Shown piece after piece: positions 1 to 7,281 of a stretch of 16,956 bases of DNA. The stretch comes from a virus (Duplodnaviria > Heunggongvirae > Uroviricota > Caudoviricetes), in IMG/VR virus record IMGVR_UViG_2740892218_000013, positions 1 to 16,956 of that record. One strand, 5' to 3'. Under the pieces are notes generated by a model. That model was not told where the DNA came from. It saw only the letters and a program-made list of their open reading frames with translations, and did not search any database. Numbering within the stretch: the first letter of the stretch is position 1; every line of letters starts with the position of its first letter. The position numbers and the translations under genes were made by a program.

Positions 1-252
1 TTGTTGGGCTTGTTTAATCCAGTAACTGCGGGGCTTTAAGGCGAGTTTTCTAATCTTAAGTTTATCTTTCTGTTTCTGCTCCTCTCGTCGTCGTTTCTTC
101 TCTGCTGCTTTTTCCGCTTTTTTTCGCTGTTTACTTTGTAGTTCGAGTGCTAACTGAGTTCCGTGTTCCGGGCAGCACCACCACTGATTTGAGAATGCCG
201 GGTGAAACCATTCCTTGCATATTTTGCATTTCCTTCGCGCTGGTTTAGCCAT
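1..252 (-). CDS. ninG: NinG (Rap) recombination protein, N-terminal 84 codons; 3' end lies beyond the window
   Basis: Minus-strand frame from ATG at 250-252 reads [41 protein letters not shown]..., matching the lambda NinG N-terminus as I recall it; open to position 1. Confidence 0.8.
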   Translation of the reverse strand, partial: MAKPARRKCKICKEWFHPAFSNQWWCCPEHGTQLALELQSKQRKKAEKAAEKKRRREEQKQKDKLKIRKLALKPRSYWIKQAQQ

Positions 253-316
253 CGTCTTCTTCCTCGTACATTGAGCTATTCGGATCGCTCATCAGTTCTG
301 CGCAGTTATGGTCTGC
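245..316 (-). pseudogene. ninF: ninF 3' fragment (C-terminal ~20 codons), separated from its 5' part by the HNH gene
   Basis: Minus-strand frame ends ...[19 protein letters not shown] then TAA at 245-247, matching the recalled lambda NinF C-terminus. The frame stays open upstream to an ATG at 413-415 (57 codons) but that upstream part has no NinF similarity and overlaps the HNH ORF. Confidence 0.5.
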
Positions 317-812
317 CATGGTTTTCATGAAAACCCAGTTCTTTTTCTGCCCTCTTCCTTTCTGCAATAGCGTCAATGATGCTAGCAAATATTCCAAGAT
401 ATTTGGTGCGCCCATCTACGCATATATTCGCAATCCACTTACATCTCTCTTTATTGAAATATACTCCAGTCACTCCTGACGAATTGGTTATTTTTCTCTT
501 TTGGTTCTGTGCATTCTGTTGGTGTGTAACCAACCGAAGATTAGATAGCCTATTATCTGACCTTACTCCATTTATATGATCAATTTTATACCCTAATGGA
601 ATCTCACCATTATTTATCATCCATATAACGTGGTGAGCATAAGTAATTACACCATCGATAGTTAACATCCTATAACCATCACTCCTAATGTAACCAGCAA
701 CACTGCCAACCTTAACATTATTAGAAGGAGACACTTTCCATCTAAGTACACCTAAAACATCATCATATGATAATTTATTTCTTAATTCGTCTATGTTGCT
801 TATATTTCTCAT
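306..812 (-). CDS. HNH-family homing endonuclease with AP2-like DNA-binding domain (168 aa)
   Basis: ORF track protein contains DHINGVRSDNRLSNLRLVTHQQN (HNH motif) and GVTGVYFNKERCKWIANICVDGRTKYLGIF (AP2-like). The 5' half is markedly AT-rich compared with flanking nin genes. GGTGGAA precedes the ATG. Confidence 0.8.
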   Translation of the reverse strand: MRNISNIDELRNKLSYDDVLGVLRWKVSPSNNVKVGSVAGYIRSDGYRMLTIDGVITYAHHVIWMINNGEIPLGYKIDHINGVRSDNRLSNLRLVTHQQNAQNQKRKITNSSGVTGVYFNKERCKWIANICVDGRTKYLGIFASIIDAIAERKRAEKELGFHENHGRP

Positions 813-834
813 TATGTTCCACCATATTTAAGCA

Positions 835-954
835 TTCATATATACAACGCTCACACACGTGAACTTCCAGCACATGCAGCTTCTGACCGCAGTTAGCGCA
901 CGTTAAAGCTCGCTCGACACTTCCTTGTTCGTAACTTCGATTTTGGTCAATCAC
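835..954 (-). pseudogene. ninF: ninF 5' fragment (N-terminal zinc-finger part), terminated prematurely just before the HNH gene
   Basis: Minus-strand frame from GTG at 952-954 (overlapping the ninE stop) reads ...SYEQGSVERALTCANCGQKLHVLEVHVCERCII then TGA at 835-837, matching the recalled lambda NinF N-terminal half. Confidence 0.5.
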
Positions 955-1133
955 CTTGTTTTCCTCGCACGTTCTCTAAGCCACCGGATATCCCACAGGT
1001 GAGCCGTGTAGTTGAAGGTTTTTACGTCAGATTCTTTTGGGATTGGCTTGCGTTTATTTCTGGAGCGTTTCGTTGGAAGGTATTTGCAGTTTTCGCAGAT
1101 GATGTCGGTGATACTTCGTCGCTGTCGTCTCAT
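951..1133 (-). CDS. ninE: NinE (60 aa)
   Basis: [23 protein letters not shown]... matches lambda NinE as recalled; start overlaps the ninB stop. Confidence 0.8.
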   Translation of the reverse strand: MRRQRRSITDIICENCKYLPTKRSRNKRKPIPKESDVKTFNYTAHLWDIRWLRERARKTR

Positions 1134-1540
1134 TCGTACCTCCTGTCGGTAAATCTGACACCCTGACCAATAGCCCAGGCTGTTGTGTACTCGATCAGAC
1201 TTGCCATACGCTTCACGCTCATCTGCGCGCTGCTTTCGCGAATGTTGACGTATTCGCCTTCAAGGCCGGGCAAAACATCAGCTTCCTGCTTTGTTGCCAC
1301 TGCATGACCGCTGATCAACAAAACCTTCCATTGTTCTGGTTTTAACCATTTATCGCGCCACTGAACTTGCCTAGCGATATCTGCGACCATCGCGTGAAAT
1401 TTTGCGTTCTGGTCAAGGTTGCGCTTGTAGTCAGTAATGCGGATGGTGACTGGCTTGTCTTTATCGAGTGGTGTTGCGAGGATGGCATTTATTGCAGCTT
1501 GCTGTTGTTGCTTAGTTCGGAGGAAGATTGTTTGCTTCAT
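1130..1540 (-). CDS. ninB: NinB recombination protein
   Basis: NinB-like sequence (…[27 protein letters not shown]…). I place the start at ATG 1538-1540 (MKQTIFL, GAGGT 4 nt upstream) rather than the track's TTG at 1558. Confidence 0.8.
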   Translation of the reverse strand: MKQTIFLRTKQQQQAAINAILATPLDKDKPVTIRITDYKRNLDQNAKFHAMVADIARQVQWRDKWLKPEQWKVLLISGHAVATKQEADVLPGLEGEYVNIRESSAQMSVKRMASLIEYTTAWAIGQGVRFTDRRYE

Positions 1541-1547
1541 TGTCACC

Positions 1548-1754
1548 TCAACTAACAAAACGCCACGCCATTTTTGCTACAGCAACAGGCGCAACACCGA
1601 TAATCACCCACAGGAGAATGCTACCGAAAAGCACACCCACCAGGTCTTTACCTTCGCCTACCAACCGGACAAAACTGCTGGCAACAACAATGAACGTCGC
1701 CACCATCCACATAGCACCGAGAATCCTCAATGCAGAGAAAATTAACTCAGCCAC
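1548..1754 (-). CDS. Small hydrophobic (two-TM) membrane protein, 68 aa, GTG start
   Basis: Strong SD GGGGGAGGG 5-6 nt upstream of GTG; highly hydrophobic translation; sits between a terminator and ninB. Function unknown. Confidence 0.45.
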   Translation of the reverse strand: MAELIFSALRILGAMWMVATFIVVASSFVRLVGEGKDLVGVLFGSILLWVIIGVAPVAVAKMAWRFVS

Positions 1755-1770
1755 GATTCACCCTCCCCCA

Positions 1771-1801
1771 AATAAAAAGGCCTGCGATTACCAGCAGGCC
1801 T
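1771..1801 (-). terminator. Rho-independent terminator (tR2-like) in the nin region
   Basis: Stem AGGCCTGC (1778-1785) / GCAGGCCT (1794-1801) with 8-nt loop; on the minus strand followed by TTTTATTT. Confidence 0.5.
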
Positions 1802-1826
1802 GTTATTAGCTCAGTGATGTAGATGG

Positions 1827-2096
1827 TCATTGCTTCATATCCCCTTCCATTTCATCAATGTCAACGTCATCAGGAAGATGGGAACAATACGCTGCTATAC
1901 CATGATGATTTATCTCATACCCTTTGAACGTTACCATCTGGCGCGTAATCTCAACTTCGTTCAGGAATCCGCCATCGCATAACTGCCTGGCTATTTTCGA
2001 TTTGGTCTGGATTATTGGTAGTGCCTGTTCTTTCAAAGCGTATGATATTTGTGCATCCCATGCCTTTTCGAGAATGGCTAATTGTTTTTTATTCAT
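1827..2096 (-). CDS. Hypothetical protein, 89 aa, translationally coupled to the helicase gene
   Basis: ORF start overlaps the helicase stop by 4 bp; ren/ninA-equivalent position; no motif recognised. Confidence 0.5.
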   Translation of the reverse strand: MNKKQLAILEKAWDAQISYALKEQALPIIQTKSKIARQLCDGGFLNEVEITRQMVTFKGYEINHHGIAAYCSHLPDDVDIDEMEGDMKQ

Positions 2097-3469
2097 ACGT
2101 CAGCCCCTTGTGCATATCGTCTGCCACGCGCAGCAGGCGCATTTGATGCTGTGCAAATCTGTCTGGCTTCATCCTGGTCACATGCAACAAAGTGTCCGTT
2201 GCAGAACCGCTGGTAAACCGTACCAAGCGAGCCAAAACGGTTTTTCGTCACAATGATTTCAGCAAATGGTGCGGCGCTACTGTTCTCGTCATATACCGCT
2301 TCCCGATAGAGCATGATGATTGAGTCTGCGTCCTGTTCAATGCTTCCTGAATCACGCAAATCTGCGTTTGTCGGGCGTTTGTTTGGTCGCTTCTCAACAT
2401 CGCGCGAAAGCTGACTCAGGGAGATAACCGGTGTTTTCAGGTCTTTCGCCATCGCCTTCAGGCTTCCGGAGATGTGAGCAATTGCGAGGTCGTTGCGGTC
2501 TGCTTTCGGCTTCTCAATCAGGCCAAGATAATCCGCCATGATGAGTGACAGGTTTGGATTTTCCTGTTTGTGTCGTTCTGCGATTGAGCGTATTTCTTCG
2601 ACCGATAACCGCGAGGCATCGACTACCCACACATCCAAATCTGCAAGCTGACTCATGCCGTTAGCAACACGCGCCCAGCCTTCGTCATCCATCGATGCAG
2701 GATTTCGCAGTACGCTAACCGACATCCTCCCGGCGTTGGCAATGCTTCGCTCTGCAATCTGCAATGCGCTCATTTCCATTGAGAAAATCAATACCCCGCG
2801 CCGGACGTCAGAACCAGGAATAACGCGGCTTGCAACGCCTTCGGCAATCTTCAGCGCCAGTTCGGTTTTCCCCATACCAGGACGAGCAGCGATTATCACA
2901 AGGTCTTCTGCGTTCATCCCTCCGGTGATGGCATCAAGTTCTTCGATTCCGGTCTTCAGGGTATCTGACTCTTCTCCGTTCCTCAGACGCCTGTCAAGCG
3001 TGTCAGTGTAGTCAGTGATGATTTCCCCTAACCGTACAGGTTTAACCTCGTCACGGGGCTTTCTGATGGCTGAGAGACGTTTTACAAGTTCATCCATCGC
3101 CTGACTCGATGCGTCGATGGTTCCGCTCTGAATTGGTTCACGCATTTCATCCATGATTTCCAGCACCAGACGGCGGTGATAGTTATCCGCGACCATTCCG
3201 GCATATCCCTTCAGGTTTGCGGCACTCGGGCAGTTTTTGCTGGTCATCAGGATTGACGTGAAATGCTCCTCTCCGCACTCCTCGGCAACCATCAGCGCGT
3301 CGATTAGGTTTCTGTTTCGCGCCTGCTTGCGGATAACCTCGAAGGCCTTCCGGTAGAGCGGAATTGAAAACGCTTCCGGCTCCAGCGTTGCAAGAACGTC
3401 ACTGGCGGTTGGAGTTAATCCACCAATCAGCAGGCCGCCGATAACGCTCGCTTCGATATCCTGTCTCAT
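2093..3469 (-). CDS. Replicative DNA helicase, DnaB family (P22 gene 12 type), 458 aa
   Basis: Walker [13 protein letters not shown] and DnaB-like C-terminal domain; occupies the lambda P position, so replication uses its own helicase rather than a P-type loader. ATGA overlap with the O gene. Confidence 0.9.
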   Translation of the reverse strand: MRQDIEASVIGGLLIGGLTPTASDVLATLEPEAFSIPLYRKAFEVIRKQARNRNLIDALMVAEECGEEHFTSILMTSKNCPSAANLKGYAGMVADNYHRRLVLEIMDEMREPIQSGTIDASSQAMDELVKRLSAIRKPRDEVKPVRLGEIITDYTDTLDRRLRNGEESDTLKTGIEELDAITGGMNAEDLVIIAARPGMGKTELALKIAEGVASRVIPGSDVRRGVLIFSMEMSALQIAERSIANAGRMSVSVLRNPASMDDEGWARVANGMSQLADLDVWVVDASRLSVEEIRSIAERHKQENPNLSLIMADYLGLIEKPKADRNDLAIAHISGSLKAMAKDLKTPVISLSQLSRDVEKRPNKRPTNADLRDSGSIEQDADSIIMLYREAVYDENSSAAPFAEIIVTKNRFGSLGTVYQRFCNGHFVACDQDEARQICTASNAPAARGRRYAQGADV

Positions 3470-4296
3470 GCAATCCCCCTGTCTGCAAACTTCCCTTCCC
3501 GTACTCCCGTTAACGAATCTTCCCTCAGCAGGTAATCAAAATCTGCCGTCCAGCCCGTGTCGTTGTCTCCGAAGTAAAACGGCTTGGCCTGATGCACAAA
3601 CGCCCTGACATACGCTCTGAAACCGTCCACGTTTGGCGTTTTCAATTGCGGAATGATTTTCTTCAGGCGGCGTTTGCGTTTCTCGTTGACCGCAACAGCA
3701 TGTGGAAGTCTGTCACCGACTTCGGTGTTGTAGGCGTTCAGGAAGGATTCGTAGTCGATTCGTTCTGCCTTGCGACGTTCAGGTTTAACCTGCCCATCGC
3801 CGCCCCCATTAGGGGGTAAGGGGGTATTTGTATTTATTGTCTTTTGTATATTGTCTTTTGTGTTTGACTGATTCGGTAAATTGCTTTTTACCGATTTGGT
3901 GAAGGTTTGTTTTACCGAATTGGTAAATGTTTTACCGAATCCGTTAACTTTCGTTTTCCACTCGGAAATGTTTGTATTCATACCAACTTGACGCCCCACC
4001 TGAATGAGAACTCCCATTCTGATAAGCTCGTTTTTGGCGGTAGAGCATTTGGTTGGTGCCATGCCAGTGAGTTCAGCGAACTGTTCGTTTCCGATCCAAT
4101 CTATTTTTTTGTTGTAACCGTATGTCTTGCGCCACACAGCCATAACAATCAGTAACTGATGTAGAGTAAGCCCGGAAAGCATGGCGGCTTCTAACAGTGT
4201 GTTTGCAGTCCGAGTGTAGCCATCTTCGAGTTCTGCCACGCGATGCTCCACGACCTCCAGTTGAGGCCTGTAATCAGCTAACTTAACGACGCCCAT
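3466..4296 (-). CDS. Replication initiator, lambda O-like, 276 aa
   Basis: N-terminal region resembles lambda O (DDGY.R....LLEA...; WRKTYGYNK); the gene contains the ori iteron array. Confidence 0.85.
   Translation of the reverse strand: MGVVKLADYRPQLEVVEHRVAELEDGYTRTANTLLEAAMLSGLTLHQLLIVMAVWRKTYGYNKKIDWIGNEQFAELTGMAPTKCSTAKNELIRMGVLIQVGRQVGMNTNISEWKTKVNGFGKTFTNSVKQTFTKSVKSNLPNQSNTKDNIQKTINTNTPLPPNGGGDGQVKPERRKAERIDYESFLNAYNTEVGDRLPHAVAVNEKRKRRLKKIIPQLKTPNVDGFRAYVRAFVHQAKPFYFGDNDTGWTADFDYLLREDSLTGVREGKFADRGIA
3830..3950. repeat. Replication origin inside the O gene: about four ~20-bp iterons plus adjacent AT-rich tract
   Basis: Repeats ACCGATTTGGTGAA / ACCGAATTGGTAAA / ACCGAATCCGTTAA plus inverted copy ATTCGGTAAATTG at 3871-3950; ATTGTCTTTTGT occurs twice in the AT-rich tract 3830-3866. 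Order matches lambda ori relative to O transcription. Confidence 0.6.
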
Positions 4297-4444
4297 GTTT
4301 CACTCCTGCTTTGGCTAGTCTGTAAACACCAACAAGGCGCTCTGCGAACGCCCTGTTATTTGCTGCGGCTACCACTAATCCCTCAGGTGAATCAGGGTGT
4401 CGAATCTCTTCTTTTTCCTGGTATTTCTTACGACGTTTTGTCAT
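4283..4444 (-). CDS. Small basic protein, 53 aa, between cII and O
   Basis: Not in the ORF track (under 60 aa). ATG at 4442-4444 with AGGAG 5 nt upstream; translation [53 protein letters not shown]; 3' end overlaps the O start by 14 bp. Confidence 0.4.
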   Translation of the reverse strand: MTKRRKKYQEKEEIRHPDSPEGLVVAAANNRAFAERLVGVYRLAKAGVKHGRR

Positions 4445-4476
4445 AATTACTCCTGTGGATTGATCCAGTAATTACC

Positions 4477-4773
4477 TCAGAACTCCATCTGGATTTGTTC
4501 AGAACGCTCGGTTGCCGCCGGGCGTTTTTTATTGGTTAGTCCATCAAGCGCATACTTAAAAGCCCTGCTAATCGGACTGATGTCTGATGCCATTCCAAAA
4601 GCACACAGAACCGAAGCAATAAATCTCCAGTCCGTTCTGCTTATCTTCGATTCATGACAGCCAATCATCTTTGCCAGACCGCGCTGGGTAAGCGTTGACA
4701 GATTGATGAGTAAATCTGTTTCTGCGCGATCAACGTCGCGCTGTGATAGTTTGCTGTAACTTGTTTGTTCCAT
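4477..4773 (-). CDS. cII: Transcriptional activator CII
   Basis: C-terminus ...LTNKKRPAATERSEQIQMEF matches lambda CII; position between cro and O. Confidence 0.9.
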   Translation of the reverse strand: MEQTSYSKLSQRDVDRAETDLLINLSTLTQRGLAKMIGCHESKISRTDWRFIASVLCAFGMASDISPISRAFKYALDGLTNKKRPAATERSEQIQMEF

Positions 4774-4838
4774 TTCTTACTATTTCCATAGGTAAATAAT
4801 CACTAATACCCATCTTTCGATGAGTGCTTAATTAGTTA

Positions 4839-4873
4839 CCGCGTTGTCGGCGGTGCAGATTGATAAAGAGCGG
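4839..4873 (-). promoter_or_regulatory. nutR: boxA plus P22-type boxB hairpin
   Basis: Minus strand reads CGCTCTTTAT (boxA) then ACCGCCGACAACGCGGT (5-bp stem, GACAA-type loop), just downstream of cro. Confidence 0.6.
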
Positions 4874-4882
4874 ATCCGCTTA

Positions 4883-5098
4883 TTAAGCGGCTTTGTGTTC
4901 CGGCGGGAACACGTCATCAAGACTGACTTTTGCGCCTAACTTGTTTAGGCACGCAACAAGAGCACGGCATGTTTTAAGGTCTGGGAAGCGACGACCAGAT
5001 TCCCAATGTCCGATAGCTCCCTGTGTGCATCCAACTGCCTTAGCAAGTGTTGTTTGAGAGATATTCAGTGACTCTCGATATTTTCGTAGGTTGCTCAT
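4883..5098 (-). CDS. cro: Cro-type repressor, 71 aa (HTH)
   Basis: HTH ISQTTLAKAVGCTQGAIGHWESG; ATG at 5096-5098 preceded by GGAGGG. The track's TTG at 5125 lies inside the pR -10 hexamer and is rejected. Confidence 0.8.
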   Translation of the reverse strand: MSNLRKYRESLNISQTTLAKAVGCTQGAIGHWESGRRFPDLKTCRALVACLNKLGAKVSLDDVFPPEHKAA

Positions 5099-5208
5099 AT
5101 GCCCTCCATAGTAACCATGAAGCAATAATACGATATGTACTTTTGAAATGCAAATAAAAATACATCTTGTGCATGGATGGTTTTAGTACAGAGCGTAATA
5201 ATAAGGAT
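5099..5208. promoter_or_regulatory. oR region with divergent pR and pRM
   Basis: pR on the minus strand: -35 TTGCAT (5148-5153), 17-bp spacer, -10 TATTAT (5125-5130). Inverted-repeat operator candidates ATGTACTTT / AAAATACAT also occur in the oL region. Confidence 0.7.
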
Positions 5209-5868
5209 ATGAAAATGAAATGGTATGAACTGGCTAGATCCAGAATGAAAGAGCTCGGCATAACTCAAGAGAAGTTAGCTGAAGAGCTTGGTATGACGCA
5301 GGGTGGAATTGGTCACTGGTTGCGCGGATCTCGTCATCCATCTCTTGACGAGATTGGTGTGGTGTTTAAATACCTTGGTATTGATAACGTCTCATTCAAC
5401 CACGACGGTACATTTTCACCTGTTGGCGAATACTCATCTGCCCCCGTTAAAAAACAATATGAGTACCCTGTTTTTTCTCATGTTCAGGCCGGGATGTTCT
5501 CGCCTGAGCTTAGAACCTTTACCAAAGGTGATGCGGAGAGATGGGTAAGCACAACCAAAAAAGCCAGTGATTGTGCATTCTGGCTTGAAGTTGAAGGTAA
5601 TTCCATGACCGCACCAACAGGCTACAAGCCAAGCTTTCCTGACGGGATGTTAATTCTGGTTGACCCTGAGCAGGCTGTCGAGCCAGGTGATTTCTGCATA
5701 GCCAGACTTGGGGGTGATGAGTTTACCTTCAAGAAACTGATCAGGGATAGCGGTCAGGTGTTCCTACAACCACTAAACCCGCAATATCCAATGATCCCAT
5801 GCAATGATAGCTGTTCCGTAGTAGGGAAAGTTATCGCCAGCCAGTGGCCTGAAGAGACATTTAGTTAA
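5209..5868 (+). CDS. cI: CI repressor: heterologous N-terminal HTH domain fused to a lambda-type C-terminal autocleavage domain
   Basis: C-terminal ~130 aa nearly identical to lambda CI as recalled (VQAGMF cleavage site, GNSM serine, FKKL lysine); N-terminal domain differs. Start could be ATG 5209 or 5215 (AAGGA upstream). Confidence 0.9.
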   Translation: MKMKWYELARSRMKELGITQEKLAEELGMTQGGIGHWLRGSRHPSLDEIGVVFKYLGIDNVSFNHDGTFSPVGEYSSAPVKKQYEYPVFSHVQAGMFSPELRTFTKGDAERWVSTTKKASDCAFWLEVEGNSMTAPTGYKPSFPDGMLILVDPEQAVEPGDFCIARLGGDEFTFKKLIRDSGQVFLQPLNPQYPMIPCNDSCSVVGKVIASQWPEETFS

Positions 5869-5899
5869 CAGCCTCACCACTCTAAAACACACAACAATA

Positions 5900-5929
5900 A
5901 CCCGACCTTAGCGTCGGGTTTTCTTTTTC
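5900..5929 (+). terminator. Rho-independent terminator downstream of cI
   Basis: Stem CCCGAC (5901-5906) / GTCGGG (5913-5918) followed by TTTTCTTTTT. Confidence 0.6.
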
Positions 5930-5993
5930 CAAAATATAAATCAATAAAATACAAAGTGTTATAAAAAACTAACCGCATTTAGAACATTTTGTA

Positions 5994-6022
5994 TTGACTC
6001 AATAAAGTACACATCGTACTAT
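5994..6022 (+). promoter_or_regulatory. pL promoter with overlapping oL operators
   Basis: -35 TTGACT (5994-5999), exact 17-bp spacer, -10 TACTAT (6017-6022); flanked by TACAAAGTGTT / AACATTTTGTA inverted repeats. Confidence 0.65.
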
Positions 6023-6067
6023 TTAGCCATCAGCAGGAAGCTGGAAGCCAAACGGAACAGATTGGCA

Positions 6068-6102
6068 GGCTCTTTAACTTCGATGGGGCGCTGACAAAGC
6101 GC
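6068..6102 (+). promoter_or_regulatory. nutL: boxA-like plus P22-type boxB hairpin
   Basis: GGCTCTTTAA (6068-6077) then GCGCTGACAAAGCGC (6088-6102), the P22 boxB-left sequence as I recall it, upstream of N. Confidence 0.7.
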
Positions 6103-6221
6103 AAATAGATACCAAACGAGATGGGTTTGGCGGTGATGTGAATTGCAGCTGCAACGACAGCAACCAGAAGATCAGCACCTGGCGCATCACCACCAAAGCC
6201 ATTTCACATGAGGAAAACATC

Positions 6222-6530
6222 ATGACGGTAATCGTGTACGGAAAATCAACATTTGCAGGAAATGCCAAAACTCGCCGTCATGAGCGGCGCAGAAAGCTGG
6301 CTATCGAGCGTGATTCCATCTGCAACATCATCGATTCGATCTTCGGCATAGACAGTGAGGAAGCTGTTCAGGAAGAACCGAGAAAGCGTTTAAGTCTTTC
6401 TGAAAAAGCAGCATCACTCGGCAATATTCGTAACCAAAATACCGACGAATGCAGTGGAAGTATTTGCCTGCCAAACGTAGCCATTTACGCGGCAGGCTAC
6501 CGGAAATCAAAACAACTGACAGCGAGGTAA
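6222..6530 (+). CDS. N: Antitermination protein N, P22 gene 24 type, ~102 aa
   Basis: Arginine-rich motif GNAKTRRHERRRKLAIERD near the N-terminus (the P22 N boxB-binding peptide as recalled). ATG at 6222 with GAGGA upstream, chosen over the track's start at 6138. Confidence 0.85.
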   Translation: MTVIVYGKSTFAGNAKTRRHERRRKLAIERDSICNIIDSIFGIDSEEAVQEEPRKRLSLSEKAASLGNIRNQNTDECSGSICLPNVAIYAAGYRKSKQLTAR

Positions 6531-6532
6531 TT

Positions 6533-6985
6533 ATGGATTTAAGTAAATTAGAAAGCTCTTTAGAAGCATCAGTAAAAAATTTTATATCAGTAATTGATGA
6601 AAAAACTGAAGATATTAAGAAAGCAAATATTGTCGAACTTGTAAAAACAAGAGCCAGTACATTTGATCATCTTCCTGATGATGTCCGGTCAGCGGCAATT
6701 CACGTATATGTAACGGCACTAAGCAATATTGAACCCCCAATTGATGAAGAATCAAGAGATATTCAGAAAAAACGGTTCGAGATGTTAGCCAGCAACATTA
6801 TCGCTGGTTTCACACGGCTCTTAACAAAAAAGCCTGCCAGTGAGGCTGTTCGCCAGCAGGCTCAGGTAATGATTAATCAGGCAGAAACTATTTCACGTGA
6901 GCGAAAAGCATTTGATAAATCGGTTTCTGAACTTCCAACACCTCAACCGCAGCCGCTGAACCTTCCTTCTCAACAAACTGAATAA
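6533..6985 (+). CDS. Hypothetical protein, 150 aa, AT-rich, translationally coupled to N
   Basis: ATG at 6533 three nt after the N stop, with GAGGT SD; first ~200 bp strongly AT-rich; no motif recognised; 3' end overlaps a convergent ORF. Confidence 0.5.
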   Translation: MDLSKLESSLEASVKNFISVIDEKTEDIKKANIVELVKTRASTFDHLPDDVRSAAIHVYVTALSNIEPPIDEESRDIQKKRFEMLASNIIAGFTRLLTKKPASEAVRQQAQVMINQAETISRERKAFDKSVSELPTPQPQPLNLPSQQTE

Positions 6986-7142
6986 CTTCATCAAGATTCT
7001 TTTTTGCATGTGATGATTGCTCAGGTGGCATAGCAGAAACAATCGAAATGATTGCTTGCTGGAGCGCGAGGTTTTCAGTGCTCAGTTTTGAAACTCTGTT
7101 GTTTAAATCCTCAATGATTTTAACAAGAGATACATCTGACAT
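6888..7142 (-). CDS. Hypothetical protein, 84 aa, antisense to the pL operon
   Basis: ATG at 7140-7142 with AAGGAG 5 nt upstream; predicted helical (LNNRVSKLSTENLALQQAI); overlaps the 3' end of the 6533-6985 ORF by 98 bp. Confidence 0.4.
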   Translation of the reverse strand: MSDVSLVKIIEDLNNRVSKLSTENLALQQAIISIVSAMPPEQSSHAKKNLDEVIQFVEKEGSAAAVEVLEVQKPIYQMLFAHVK

Positions 7143-7153
7143 GTGAACTCCTT

Positions 7154-7203
7154 CTTTTGACTGTGGAAACAACAGTCTACCCATTTCCTTTGACTGTGGA
7201 AAG
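7154..7203. repeat. Two direct copies of a 16-bp motif, 34 bp apart, in the intergenic region
   Basis: CTTTTGACTGTGGAAA at 7154-7169 and CCTTTGACTGTGGAAA at 7188-7203 (15 of 16 identical), between the minus-strand ORF start and the 7282 gene. Confidence 0.6.
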
Positions 7204-7281
7204 TGAAGGAACCACCGAGCCTGATGTGGTTAAAAGACAGGCACAATCTTTACAGCCGCAATCCACTATTTAAGGTGATAT

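Noticed and set aside
376-579. Plus-strand ORF 376-579 inside the HNH endonuclease gene
   Set aside because: Antisense to a protein with clear HNH and AP2 motifs; hydrophobic low-complexity translation; no RBS.
1367-1809. Plus-strand ORFs 1367-1555, 1437-1745 and 1528-1809 across ninB and the small membrane protein gene
   Set aside because: They run against the rightward-operon strand, overlap better-supported minus-strand genes, and have odd Cys/His-rich low-complexity translations with no RBS.
1924-4155. Plus-strand ORFs 1924-2256, 2655-3011, 3592-3819 and 3907-4155 inside the helicase and O genes
   Set aside because: Antisense to well-supported replication genes; no start signals; the 3907-4155 frame runs through the iteron array.
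5125-5125. Track start (TTG) for cro at 5125 and track start for cI at 5167
   Set aside because: The TTG lies within the pR -10 hexamer, so it cannot be in the cro transcript. For cI, the first 14 codons lack an RBS while AAGGA precedes the ATGs at 5209/5215.
5040-5548. ORFs 5040-5261 (minus) and 5303-5548 (plus) in the cro/oR/cI region
   Set aside because: The first spans the oR promoter-operator region and the cI 5' end; the second is an alternative frame inside cI. Both conflict with the clearly identified cro and cI.
6074-6510. Minus-strand ORFs 6074-6268 and 6328-6510, and the 5' extension of N from 6138
   Set aside because: Antisense to N and overlapping nutL; the N extension would start inside the nutL boxB region with no RBS, whereas ATG 6222 has an SD and puts the arginine-rich motif at the expected N-terminal position.
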